Shown here: piece after piece, positions 36,895 to 46,887 of the stretch | Numbering within the stretch: position 1 is the first letter of the stretch | Layout of the letters: every line of letters starts with the position of its first letter | Source: an uncultured Candidatus Saccharibacteria bacterium | GTDB taxonomy: Bacteria; Patescibacteriota; Minisyncoccia; UBA6257; 2-01-FULL-56-20 | Direction of reading: 5' to 3' | Assembly: GCA_964387675.1 (NCBI GenBank) | Contig: CAYLWL010000001.1 | Coordinates: 1,099 to 65,098, forward strand | DNA: 64,000 nucleotides | The notes under the pieces: model-generated | Database searches by the model: none | What the model was told of the DNA's origin: nothing | Seen by the model: only the letters and a program-made list of their open reading frames with translations | Translations under genes and position numbers: made by a program

Positions 36895-39800
36895 TTATTT
36901 GCCGAGGTTGTCTTCGATAAACCTTTTCATACTCTCTGGAGAAGCGTCAACGGTAATGTTGAAAACGCGCACGAATTTTTCCATCCGTCTTCCGTTCTCT
37001 CGGACCTCTTTTTTTCTCGTGCCAACAGACATTCTTGCCGACTCGCCGTACGCGGGTTGAAAGAAGTTGATGGCTGTGCCGTTCAATTTTTCCGGCCCGA
37101 TTTCCTCTATCACTTTTGATATTTGAGGAAATCGATTTATCACGGCGGCCCTCTCCGAATCGCGGGCAGTAGATAGTATGATTCCCTTTTTCCGATAGGG
37201 ATCGACGAGCTTATTGAATATCTGCTCGGCGCTCTTCGGCTTTTCCGGCGCCGCCGTCGCGGCTTCCGCGGGCCGAGCAACATCGACGTGGACTTCACCC
37301 GCAACCGAAGACGGAGGGGCCTCGGCTCCGGAAACCGGAACACTTTGAGCGGAAACGCCCAAACTCTCCTCTATAAACTTCTTAATTTCTACTTCCGATT
37401 GATTGATATTTATATAAAGCACCTTTTGCGCGGCGTCGTAGTCCATCCGACTGTCATCTAGATATAAATGAATTCCGCTGAATGCCGCGGCTCCGATGCC
37501 GTCAATTGCTCTTTTGATTTTATCGGCCTCCCGAAGCACCGAGCCGCACGTGGGAAACATGGTTTTGCTAATCTGTATACCCCTTGCTCTGTATTCGGCA
37601 AACAAGCGGCTGAGTTCTTTGGAGGCCTCCTCTTCGGCGTTCGCCAAAAGTAGAGCCGACTCCGCGTTGGCTCTAAGAAAAGCAATCATATCCTCCGCCG
37701 AGTCGGTGTGCCTTAAGTATATCCTCCCCCCTCTTTCCGATACCCACGATGGGTTTTCGAGATCCAACGTTATGCTCAACGGGTACCGAAGCTTCTCCGC
37801 TCCAACCGACTTCACAACTTTGTGGAGTTTTTCAACCAATAATTTCTTCTCTTGCGCCGGCATTTCATCGAACTTCAAAAAAAGCGATGATGTTATGTCC
37901 ACTCCATACATCCTTCTAAGATCTCCAAAATCCGCCGGAACTTTGCCTGCTTCTATTGCTTCTATTACTACTTTCTCTCCCCCTGGCGCTCGAGGAGTTT
38001 CCCACGGAACAGTAACCGCGGCTTCGGGAGTTGCTGGTGCTTCTTTTCCGCCACCTTTACTGCGTCTAAGAGCTTTGAGGATAGAAGATTCTCTTTTTTC
38101 GCCGCGCTCGGCTTCTTTTAGCCCCGCCGCAGGAACAGGCCCCGCTTCTTCTGCTTCTTCTGCGACCCTCCCTTTACGTATTTTATAAATCCTCCTTGCA
38201 ATCAGCGCTCCCGCAGCGGCGATACTTGCCGCAAGAATCGCTTTCAAAATCCTGTCTCCATGACGGGCCGCTTTTTCTGCGGCTTCCCTCCGCGTTTCTT
38301 CCGCAACTTGAGCTTGCGCCTCCGCGGCGAGCGCCGCGTTCACTCGCGACACGGCTTCTGCCGCCGCTTCCTTTGCTTCGTGAATGGCGTTGTCGGAAAA
38401 ATTGTTGTCCGCGTTCAAGACCTGATCGAAATGAGTAATTCTTTCAACCGTTTCCGAAGAAAGTTGGTGGCCCGGCTCTTTGATGAGTTCTCCGAGGTGG
38501 CTTATTTTTTCCGGAGTCAGATTCAGGGCCTTGCCAACTGCTTTTGAGACATCTTCTCCGGACAGCTCAAAATGGTCTCCTGCGTGGAAGCCCTTCGCGG
38601 CCGCCTTCGCCACTGTTTTCTGCAGTGTATCCTCAACATAGACCATCTGCTCGGGCGAAAACTCCCCAAAAGCAGACGGGTTGAGTTGGCGCTCGTTCAC
38701 CAAATAATCGTGCGCGATCTTCCGCGCCACGTGCGTCGCGCCCTCTCCTTTTTCCACCACGGCGCCGAATTTCTGCTCCAGGATTTCCGCTTGCGCTTTC
38801 GCGAGAACCCTTTTAGTCGCCGCTCCCGCCGTTTCTGTTTTTCTCGCTAAAACTTCCTGATTCGCGGCGGCTCGCGCCGCGGCGGCCGCTTGCGAAGCTG
38901 CTTGGGTTTTGGCCGCGGCAACTTGCTCGGCGCCGTGGTGGAAGTATGTTGAAAAGTAATCCGCCAAGGCGCCGCCAATCGCGCCACCGACGGCGCCGAC
39001 GGCCGCGCCCCGCAAAATCGCTTTCGCGACTTTCGCTCGGTCAACTTTTTTGTATTCAAAATTTACTTCTTTCAGCGTCTCTCTCGTAAACTCGGGCGGC
39101 ACAAGAGAAATTCCCGCGCGGGCCTTGTCGGACGACTCGAGTATCGCAAGAACTTGATCTCGAGAACCAACCATGCCAATTTCGCCCACCTCCTGCGCCT
39201 CTGCCTCAACCAAGACCCTCATAGCCCGCAATTCTTCTCCAAGAATTTTTATATCTTCCTCTTTGCCGGCAATCCTGGCATCTTTATAGGCCGCTTCCGC
39301 TTTGGCGAGAATCGCCGCTCGCCTTCTAAGCTGATAAGTGTCCGCTTGATGAGGCACCTCTCGAAGTTTCTCGAGAACATTCTCCACGGCAAACTTTCTG
39401 CGGATGCCGCCGCGCTCTTTTATGAGTTCGCGCACGCCGCCCGCGAGCGCGCCGCCGACGGCACCGGCCATGGAGCCCACCACCGCGCCTGCCGCGATGC
39501 CGGCTCCGAAAGTGCCGCCGAAACCCGCTACAATCGCGGCCTTCACCCCCGTTCTCGCGGCCCCGCCGACTCCGCCAACTCCAAGGCCAACCCAAAACTC
39601 GCGGCTTTTCAGGTAATCAGAAATTTTGCCGGCCAAGTTCCGCCTTCCGCTCTCGCTCTGAATTTCCTGAACGATTTCTTCCCGTTCTCGAAGCGGCATA
39701 TCCGTCGGCGCGGCGCCTTCAACAACCGCCCGGGCATCCTCGGGCCTACCAACGAGAGTATCAGCCGCTTCCCTGGCGATTCTTTCTCTTTCCGCCGCCT

Positions 39801-40434
39801 GCTCCACCTCAACCGCTCGCCTCGAAAGGCCAATGAGCTCGGGGTCATCAGATGCTCCGGGCGATCCCGTTGGTCTGTCTTCTCCGGTGGGTTTTCGCGC
39901 TTCCTCGCTTGTAACTCGCGGCGCGACTGGCTCGGCCGTATTTCCAGGCACGCCCTCTTCGAGTCGATCACTTAATTTTCTCATCAAAATAAGCGGGTCT
40001 CCCGTCTCGATTTCTGTTTTGCTAAACCCGTACGCGCTTAACACTCCTTCCATTTCCGATGGAGTAAGGTCTGGGACACCCCCCTTACTCACGGCGGCCA
40101 CCATATCCTCTGCCATCTTTCTCGTCGCAGGAGGAACTTCTTTCCCGGGACTCGGTCTTGCCTCGTCTGCCGTCTTCAATCTATCGTTGATCTCTTCGTC
40201 AATAAGACCTTCCGCGAATATAAGCTCCCGGCGACGAGTTCTTTCCTCCGGTGGCGCGTCAAACATCCATTTGATCCGATCCCAGTCTTCTTCGTCTATT
40301 TCACCTTTCGCCCATAATTTCTGCAGCTGCTTTTTGATATCTTCGCTTGTTTCTCGAGGCCTTATTTCGTTTTCGGGGCCAGCTCCTTCGTGACGAAGGC
40401 CTTTATTTTCTCTGATCATTCCTTTGTCTCCCAT
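36895..40434 (-). CDS. Large hypothetical membrane protein with glycine-zipper segments
   Basis: 1179-aa ORF; GxxxG-rich hydrophobic stretches; Ala/Glu-rich helices. Confidence 0.8.
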   Translation of the reverse strand: MGDKGMIRENKGLRHEGAGPENEIRPRETSEDIKKQLQKLWAKGEIDEEDWDRIKWMFDAPPEERTRRRELIFAEGLIDEEINDRLKTADEARPSPGKEVPPATRKMAEDMVAAVSKGGVPDLTPSEMEGVLSAYGFSKTEIETGDPLILMRKLSDRLEEGVPGNTAEPVAPRVTSEEARKPTGEDRPTGSPGASDDPELIGLSRRAVEVEQAAERERIAREAADTLVGRPEDARAVVEGAAPTDMPLREREEIVQEIQSESGRRNLAGKISDYLKSREFWVGLGVGGVGGAARTGVKAAIVAGFGGTFGAGIAAGAVVGSMAGAVGGALAGGVRELIKERGGIRRKFAVENVLEKLREVPHQADTYQLRRRAAILAKAEAAYKDARIAGKEEDIKILGEELRAMRVLVEAEAQEVGEIGMVGSRDQVLAILESSDKARAGISLVPPEFTRETLKEVNFEYKKVDRAKVAKAILRGAAVGAVGGAIGGALADYFSTYFHHGAEQVAAAKTQAASQAAAAARAAANQEVLARKTETAGAATKRVLAKAQAEILEQKFGAVVEKGEGATHVARKIAHDYLVNERQLNPSAFGEFSPEQMVYVEDTLQKTVAKAAAKGFHAGDHFELSGEDVSKAVGKALNLTPEKISHLGELIKEPGHQLSSETVERITHFDQVLNADNNFSDNAIHEAKEAAAEAVSRVNAALAAEAQAQVAEETRREAAEKAARHGDRILKAILAASIAAAGALIARRIYKIRKGRVAEEAEEAGPVPAAGLKEAERGEKRESSILKALRRSKGGGKEAPATPEAAVTVPWETPRAPGGEKVVIEAIEAGKVPADFGDLRRMYGVDITSSLFLKFDEMPAQEKKLLVEKLHKVVKSVGAEKLRYPLSITLDLENPSWVSERGGRIYLRHTDSAEDMIAFLRANAESALLLANAEEEASKELSRLFAEYRARGIQISKTMFPTCGSVLREADKIKRAIDGIGAAAFSGIHLYLDDSRMDYDAAQKVLYININQSEVEIKKFIEESLGVSAQSVPVSGAEAPPSSVAGEVHVDVARPAEAATAAPEKPKSAEQIFNKLVDPYRKKGIILSTARDSERAAVINRFPQISKVIEEIGPEKLNGTAINFFQPAYGESARMSVGTRKKEVRENGRRMEKFVRVFNITVDASPESMKRFIEDNLGK

Positions 40435-40443
40435 TTCTTTAAT

Positions 40444-42132
40444 TTATGCTCCTTTCGATCTCTTGATATAACGCAACATCCGATCCTTCTCTTCTCCGGA
40501 GATCCTTTTGAGTACGCAGGCCCTCTCCGCTTCTCCGGCTGGATTTGTGTTCGCGAACACGCTTTCTGCAACGGACTTCAGCCGATCCCAATCTTCTCCA
40601 TTTTCTATTTCTCCAGAGGCGTAGCGCAGATCAATATCGTTCATATAACCATTGAGGTCGGGCGCAACTTCTTCTCTTTCTTTCAATCCTGCGACAATTT
40701 CGTCGTAATCAGCCGGACTCAATAAATTTCTGTCTCTGGCATTCTCGAGGGCAAGATCGACGTCTTCCGCGCGCGATATTCTCAAAAGAAGTTCGAGGAT
40801 TTTGCCGTATTCTCTGCTTGTTTCGTATCTCCTCTCTTTTTTTGGTCCGCCGATTTCTCTCCTTAACGAATCGGCGAGGTTTCCAACGTTCCTTAAAAGT
40901 TTTGACGCCCTTTCTCTTTCGGCTTTATTGGTCTGTACTTTTCCGCCGCTCACGATTTCCTCGGTCGTCAAAGTAGGCGGCTCCAGCTGCTTGAGGTACT
41001 CCAAATAATCCCTGTAATGATCTCTCTCTGCGTCTCCTCTCGAAGCAGTTCTTTCCTGTCTCCGAGAATCCTCGATAAACTCGCGCCTCTCTTTCATCTC
41101 TACGACTTTTGCTTCGCGTTCCAAATAGTTAGCAAGGGCATCTTTGCGCGCAACTACTTGCAAGGAAGGAATAAGGCCTACGTCAAATTCTCGGTCTCTT
41201 ATTTTTTCCCAAAGCGATTCTGCTTCTGCCCGAATCTCAACAACCTCCAGCTGTTTTTGCGCAAGTTCCGAAGATGGAACAAAGTCATCTTCTAAGAAGC
41301 GGTCTTCGTCGGCAAATTCTCCCCGCGCTTCTTCTATTGACGTCGTTAACTTTCCCCCGAGACGGCCTTTCGTTGATTTCGTTTGTTTTCCCCTCTCTTC
41401 GATTCTTCCCGACGCGGTCTTTCCTTGCGCTCTTCTCTCGCTCCTGGCCTTCTCTCTTTTTTCTCTTTCGATAGCCCGAACACGACTTAAGCTTGCCTTA
41501 ACGCGCGAGAGAAAGGTGCTTGGCGGTTTGGCCTGAGATTCCGCTACTCTCGTTTCTTCTTGTGCCTCTTGTGTCTCCGCGGTTTCGGTTGTTCCCGGCA
41601 TCGCCGTCTCAACTTCCTCTGGGGGCTGAACCTCGCCGAGTCCTTCGGTTTCTTTTTTTTCAACTTCCACGGGTTCCGCAAGCGGCTCCGCCTCGATTCC
41701 TCCTTCAACTCCCGCCTCGGTTACTTCATTTACTGCCTGCTCTTCTTTTTTCATAACTTCTTCTATTGGGGCAACAGTCGGACCGGCAACCGCCGCTTCG
41801 CGTTCTTTTTGCCACTCCCTCATAATTTCGTGGAAGCGTTCTTCTGTTACCAACCTCTCATCCCTGAACAAGTCGAATACTTCTTTGGCTTCTTTTCGCG
41901 TTTGCGCCTCACGTATCATATTTTCCAAAGATCTTCGATTCTGTTCGGCGGCCTCACGCCTTTGTTCCGTGGTTATTTCTGTTGGTGAAATATTTTTCGC
42001 GCCGCCCGGCTGCTTTTTTTTCGCGGCATCTTTCGCCGCTCTTTTCAACTCACGTTGCCGCTCTTTACTTGGCGATCCGGCCTGATCCCTAGGTTGCTCT
42101 ATACTTTTGTTGTTCTCTGGTGATTTGCTCAT
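40444..42132 (-). CDS. Glu/Arg-rich hypothetical protein
   Basis: 562-aa ORF with short co-oriented spacing to neighbours. Confidence 0.75.
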   Translation of the reverse strand: MSKSPENNKSIEQPRDQAGSPSKERQRELKRAAKDAAKKKQPGGAKNISPTEITTEQRREAAEQNRRSLENMIREAQTRKEAKEVFDLFRDERLVTEERFHEIMREWQKEREAAVAGPTVAPIEEVMKKEEQAVNEVTEAGVEGGIEAEPLAEPVEVEKKETEGLGEVQPPEEVETAMPGTTETAETQEAQEETRVAESQAKPPSTFLSRVKASLSRVRAIEREKREKARSERRAQGKTASGRIEERGKQTKSTKGRLGGKLTTSIEEARGEFADEDRFLEDDFVPSSELAQKQLEVVEIRAEAESLWEKIRDREFDVGLIPSLQVVARKDALANYLEREAKVVEMKERREFIEDSRRQERTASRGDAERDHYRDYLEYLKQLEPPTLTTEEIVSGGKVQTNKAERERASKLLRNVGNLADSLRREIGGPKKERRYETSREYGKILELLLRISRAEDVDLALENARDRNLLSPADYDEIVAGLKEREEVAPDLNGYMNDIDLRYASGEIENGEDWDRLKSVAESVFANTNPAGEAERACVLKRISGEEKDRMLRYIKRSKGA

Positions 42133-42139
42133 GTTTTTA

Positions 42140-43261
42140 TTAGCCCAGTAGTATGCGCGCTATTTTTTCGAGCCGTTGCGCTTTCCGTATAAGCTTGCCG
42201 TGATCTCTATCGTCGCGAGGAATGTCTGAAGCATTCTCTCGGTAAACCCTGGCGTCTCTCATGGCAACCCGGCCCATCACCATGGCTTCTTCTCTGTCCA
42301 TTTCTCTCGCAACCCGCGTAATCCTTTCTTCGAAGGCCGATTCGTCAAGCTCGCCGGCGTCGTATTCTCTTCCAAGTTCTTCGAGCCGAAGTTCCGGAGC
42401 TTGCTGTCGCGCTTCCTGCTCGGCTTTTACCTCTAATTGTCTGGAGTGCAAACTTAATATTTTTCTAATTGATGGTATTGCCGCAGGAAGTTCCGCGCCG
42501 CTCCTTTCACCGGGCACGCCGCGAACACCCTCCCAAAGACCTTCTATCTCGCCTTGCGTCTCCCGCGATTCTCTTTCGGCTTCCTCGGGCGTCGCGGGAC
42601 GGACTCCGCCCAGCACAGACATTTCTTCTTCAAAAGCTCTTTCTTTCTTTGCTTCCGGTTTCAGGTAATCTCTTCTGAATTCCGCGAAGAGCGCGTTCCA
42701 CACGGCTTCATTCCGCGTACTCCACAAGTCCTCCATTATTTCTCCGTCCGCTTTTTCCGCCGCTGCCACGCGCGCAATTTCCTCCGGCGTTTTCGCTCTT
42801 CCTTTGAGAGAAGCGAGTTTTTGTTTCAATGCTTTGTGAACTTCAAATAAAAGGTTGGCGAGGCCAGTCCTTTTGTGGCTTGCGGTTTGGAAATCCGTAA
42901 GCGCTATGATGTCTCTTGCGCCGCGAGCAGTATCAAGAGAATGCTTGCCGAACAAAGCCCACAGAAGCGTCCAATCTGCCTCGTCCAAGTCCTCCCCGAT
43001 GATTGCGTCTTTCAGCATTTGGCTGCGCGTGATCCAAAAATCTCTATCCGGAAGCAAGCGATGAACCTTATCTCTTATTTCACCGGCTTCCGCTCTCGAG
43101 ATCGTCTTACCTCCATCCCGAAGAGCGAGTATTTGAGTGCTCACCGTATCCAAAAAACCAAGCCAGCGCTCTTGGCGCAACTCCCTTTGCCGAAAGTCAA
43201 CTTGCGCTTGACCCTCTTCGCCGCCTGCTTGTTGGATTTTTCCTTCGTTTCTATTAGTCAT
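42140..43261 (-). CDS. Helical hypothetical protein
   Basis: 373-aa ORF with TATAAT shortly before the start. Confidence 0.75.
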   Translation of the reverse strand: MTNRNEGKIQQAGGEEGQAQVDFRQRELRQERWLGFLDTVSTQILALRDGGKTISRAEAGEIRDKVHRLLPDRDFWITRSQMLKDAIIGEDLDEADWTLLWALFGKHSLDTARGARDIIALTDFQTASHKRTGLANLLFEVHKALKQKLASLKGRAKTPEEIARVAAAEKADGEIMEDLWSTRNEAVWNALFAEFRRDYLKPEAKKERAFEEEMSVLGGVRPATPEEAERESRETQGEIEGLWEGVRGVPGERSGAELPAAIPSIRKILSLHSRQLEVKAEQEARQQAPELRLEELGREYDAGELDESAFEERITRVAREMDREEAMVMGRVAMRDARVYRENASDIPRDDRDHGKLIRKAQRLEKIARILLG

Positions 43262-43476
43262 TGTTGTATATTATATTCTTTAATTTTAGCATAATACCAG
43301 TAAGAAGTCAAGTCCTCGATTTGTGCCTCTTAGGCCTAAATATAGATATAAAGTAACATAAAAAATACTAAATTAAAAGAAGTGCCCGGGCTGGGAGTCG
43401 AGTTGGACCGTGAAGTCCTTCTCTGTCCCAGCGCCGGGCTGGTTGCTCCGCGTTGCGCGGAGCGCTGACTGGAGGA

Positions 43477-44814
43477 TCAGCTCAGGCTGACGAGCCCGAG
43501 CTCGACGGCGCGGGCGACCGCCTTCGGCCGGTCGTACCGCTTCGCCACTTCGTGGGCGGAGACGATCGACTTGGCCATCTCCTGGCCACCGTCGGCCAGG
43601 TTCCTGATTTCCGCGTACATCGCGGCGAGGCGCTCGTCGGTGAGCCCCTCGATGAAGGTCAGGATCTCCATCGACTTCGTCCGACCGTTGCCGGCCACCG
43701 CGGGCTTCGTGGCGGGCGCCACGGTCTTCGTCGTGGGTGCCGCAACCGGCGTGGCCGCCGTCTTGACCTTCGGAGTGATGGACTTGACCTCAACGGCGGG
43801 AGCCGCCGGGGTCAGCTTCGCGAGCTCGGTCTCGAGCTGGGAGATCTCAGCCTTGGACGCCTTGAGCGCGTCGCCATCCTCGGCTTCCAACGCCTTGGCC
43901 TTGCGGGCCTTGGCCTCGGTGAGCCGGATATTGAGCGCCACGCGCGGGTCGGGCCTGCTGGCCTCCGCGAGCTTCGCGAGCTCGGCCTCGATCTGGGAGA
44001 TCTCGGCCTTGGACGCCTTGAGCGCGTCGCCATCCTCGGCTTCCAACGCCTTGGCCTTGCGGGCCTTGGCCTCGGTGAGCCGAGAGTTGAGCGTCGCCTT
44101 CTGGTCGGCGGGCTTGGCGGGCGCCTTGCCCTGCTGGCTCTTCGGCGCGGCCGTCGCCTCGAACTCCTTGCGGAGCTCGGCGCCGACCGTTACGTTCTTC
44201 CTTTCGAACCAGCCGAGGAGCTTCTCGAAGCTCTGCCTGTCCCACGTCCTCGTCTTCGAGGCTTTCGCCTTCGAATCCGAGTCCGCGAGCCGCTGCTTCA
44301 AGCGCGCCAAGAACCCCGTCGCCGCCTCGCCGCTGGCCTGCTCTTTCGGTTCCGTCGCGCCGACCGGCTTGCGGAACTTTTTGAGCCCCGCACGCAGGAG
44401 CGCCTCGACGCTCTCCTGGTTGAACCGATCGATCGGATGGCCCGACGTCCTGCCGAGCTTCTTCGCCGCCCGGAGAAGCTCCAGGCGACCCTTGCCCGAC
44501 AGGTAGAGAATAACGTAGTTGCCCACGTTCTTCTCCTCGTCACCGACCATGTCGATGAAGGAGTCTGTCAGGTACAACATGTCGAGCTCCCCCTGAAGGG
44601 GACCCCTGTCCTCCTCCGGGATGGCCGCCATGCTCTTGCTGAGCGCGTCGACTGCGCCCCACATGGCCTTCTCTCTCGCCGAGAGCTCCTCCGATTGAGG
44701 AACTCCTTCCGGTCCGCGCGCGGCCCTGATCGCCAAAAGCTCGACAGCGATTCTGCCTGCCTCCGCCACGATGTCTCCGTGCTTCTCCACCATCGCCTGA
44801 TGCTCGTTCGCCAT
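43477..44814 (-). CDS. High-GC Ala/Lys-rich protein with an internal duplicated helical repeat
   Basis: GGAGG RBS, strong G/C third-position bias, duplication with 156-bp period. Confidence 0.8.
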   Translation of the reverse strand: MANEHQAMVEKHGDIVAEAGRIAVELLAIRAARGPEGVPQSEELSAREKAMWGAVDALSKSMAAIPEEDRGPLQGELDMLYLTDSFIDMVGDEEKNVGNYVILYLSGKGRLELLRAAKKLGRTSGHPIDRFNQESVEALLRAGLKKFRKPVGATEPKEQASGEAATGFLARLKQRLADSDSKAKASKTRTWDRQSFEKLLGWFERKNVTVGAELRKEFEATAAPKSQQGKAPAKPADQKATLNSRLTEAKARKAKALEAEDGDALKASKAEISQIEAELAKLAEASRPDPRVALNIRLTEAKARKAKALEAEDGDALKASKAEISQLETELAKLTPAAPAVEVKSITPKVKTAATPVAAPTTKTVAPATKPAVAGNGRTKSMEILTFIEGLTDERLAAMYAEIRNLADGGQEMAKSIVSAHEVAKRYDRPKAVARAVELGLVSLS

Positions 44815-44927
44815 GACTGTCCTCCAAATGCCCCACGCCATGCGCGGAGCTTTTCACGTGTTTTCGATTCGGGGCCTTACCCCGACACAGGCGGCCCCGA
44901 AGGAGTCACCTGATTATTGCTGACTCA

Positions 44928-44971
44928 ATACTAGCAAACTATTTGACTTTTGTCAAGGGGGGGTATATAAT
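44928..44971. promoter_or_regulatory. Back-to-back divergent sigma70 promoters
   Basis: Plus strand TTGACT-17-TATAAT; minus strand TTGACA-17-TAGTAT with an extended TG. Confidence 0.7.
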
Positions 44972-45057
44972 TGAGCTAGTTTATTAAAAACCCGTTTCGG
45001 GACCAAGAATCTGCGGCGCACATTTTACAATTAGCCGAGAACCTATCTGGGTTCTCT

Positions 45058-46689
45058 GTGTCGCGGATTCTTGGTCCTGAAGAAGGAGGAAAAGTGACCA
45101 ACGAACCGTTCCTTGTTGAAGAGTTGCTGATTGTGCTCGGAGGCAGCGCCGATCCCGAAAGGTTCGGGTCTGCGTTTTATCTCTACCGAAGAATTTATAG
45201 TGACGGCAGTTCAAAGAATGTTGTCTTTGACTGTGGCGCCGAGCTTTACGATGACGTCGAGAATGACGCAACCGGCAAAGAAGTCAAAGTGAAAAGAGTC
45301 CGTGGCGGCAATTTTGACTACCTCAAAGAAAACAATATCACTGTTCACGCGGTGGTCATCAGCCACGGGCATCTCGACCACGTCGGCATGGTGGCGAAAC
45401 TCAAGCGCTACCTCGCGCCAGGCGCATTGATCTGGGCGTCGCCGCAAACGCATGACATCTTTCACGACCTCTGCTGGGAAACGCTGAAGTTCAGCCCCGG
45501 CACGTTCACGTATTTTGAGGTCCTTGACGTCACAAGCAAGAGACGGCGCGCGATCCTTGTGCCGGGTGAAAACGAAATTCTCCCGGGGCTCATAATCTTT
45601 GCCGGCCCGAACGGACACGTTCCCGGTTCGGCATTCTTTATTGTGGGCAACGCGCTCCTTTTGAACGATTTCTGCATTCACGACCAGCCGGTTGTGACCG
45701 GCGCCCGACCTTTCTCGCAATGCGTGCCGGAAGAGTGGCGGCGAAAAGTGAAGAAGGTGCCTGTCACCGACCTCACTTATGGCAACGCTTCCCGGAAAAA
45801 CTGGGTGGAACAGCTTATCCTCTTTGAAGCGTGGATTGACGGAATTCACGCCCGTGGAGGCAAAGCGATCGTCCCGGCTTTCCGCTTCGGCCGCGAACAG
45901 AACTTGGCTCTTGAGCTTGCCCGTGACGGATTCGAGGTCGTCGTAGACGGCGGCGGCCGCAGCACGTTCTTGAGCTTCCTTCGACATCGCTGGTCTCCGA
46001 ACGATCAAAACGACTTCTCGTTTAAGAACATCAGCTTTGTCTACAGCAAGCGCGTGATGCACGAACTTGAGGATGAAGCTGCCGCGGCCGAGGCCTGCGG
46101 GAAGATCGGCCTTGCCGGAGAATTGCGGCAGTTGTCTCTACGCTTGATTACACGCGACGAACTCGCGTCATCAACCAGACCTGTTGTTATTTTGACGACA
46201 GCAGGTATGGGCGATGGGGGTCCGTTCGGCTACTACGCACAGCGTTCTCTTGGTAACCCTAAAGATGGAATTGCCCGCGTGGGTTTCTGCTCGCCCGGCA
46301 CAACCATGGACAGAATCATCAAGGCCAAGAAAAGCGGTGAGCGAGTCATAATCCCGGTGGATGACGAGATTGATGACTTGGGAAATGCCGTCAACTTCGC
46401 CGAGTTTAGCGTGGAGTGTGATGTGGGAGAATTCAGCTTCTCCGCTCACGGCGACCTCGAGGACTCGGCGGCATATCTCGCCGACCTCGTTGCGGCGAAC
46501 GGCATGAAGTTTGAACTCATCGGTCTCGCGCACGGCTCCCGGGAGAGCAAAGAAAATGGGCGCAGACGCTTCGCGGACCTGGTTGAGAGTAAAACGGGTC
46601 TCGTGGACTGCGAACCCAATACGGTTATCCGCTTGTATTGTTTGCAAAAAAACGAGGCGTCCTCCCGGGGACGCCATTTTTATTTTTAA
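45058..46689 (+). CDS. MBL-fold beta-CASP family nuclease
   Basis: FDCG, SHGHLDH, GHVPGS, PAFRFGREQ, FSAHGD, LAHG; start uncertain. Confidence 0.85.
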   Translation: MSRILGPEEGGKVTNEPFLVEELLIVLGGSADPERFGSAFYLYRRIYSDGSSKNVVFDCGAELYDDVENDATGKEVKVKRVRGGNFDYLKENNITVHAVVISHGHLDHVGMVAKLKRYLAPGALIWASPQTHDIFHDLCWETLKFSPGTFTYFEVLDVTSKRRRAILVPGENEILPGLIIFAGPNGHVPGSAFFIVGNALLLNDFCIHDQPVVTGARPFSQCVPEEWRRKVKKVPVTDLTYGNASRKNWVEQLILFEAWIDGIHARGGKAIVPAFRFGREQNLALELARDGFEVVVDGGGRSTFLSFLRHRWSPNDQNDFSFKNISFVYSKRVMHELEDEAAAAEACGKIGLAGELRQLSLRLITRDELASSTRPVVILTTAGMGDGGPFGYYAQRSLGNPKDGIARVGFCSPGTTMDRIIKAKKSGERVIIPVDDEIDDLGNAVNFAEFSVECDVGEFSFSAHGDLEDSAAYLADLVAANGMKFELIGLAHGSRESKENGRRRFADLVESKTGLVDCEPNTVIRLYCLQKNEASSRGRHFYF

Positions 46690-46852
46690 GAGCCTATCTG
46701 GAAACCCTCTTTCGTCGCAACATGCCGAGATTTTCGAGCGAAAGGCGCGAAGCCCGACGAAGGCGTAGCCATAGCTACGTCGAGGAGGAATGAGCGGCTT
46801 GCAGCCGAAAAGATCGGCGTGCTTGCAGAATACGGGGTTTCCAGATAGGCTC
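46690..46852. mobile_element. MITE with perfect 18-bp TIRs and TAA target-site duplication
   Basis: TAA|GAGCCTATCTGGAAACCC...GGGTTTCCAGATAGGCTC|TAA. Confidence 0.8.
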
Positions 46853-46887
46853 TAAATGTTTATGCCGGCGCTTTGCGCCGGCATTGA

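Noticed and set aside
43453-44913. 486-aa plus-strand ORF
   Set aside because: Antisense shadow of a high-GC gene. The minus-strand ORF has the RBS, promoter and codon bias.
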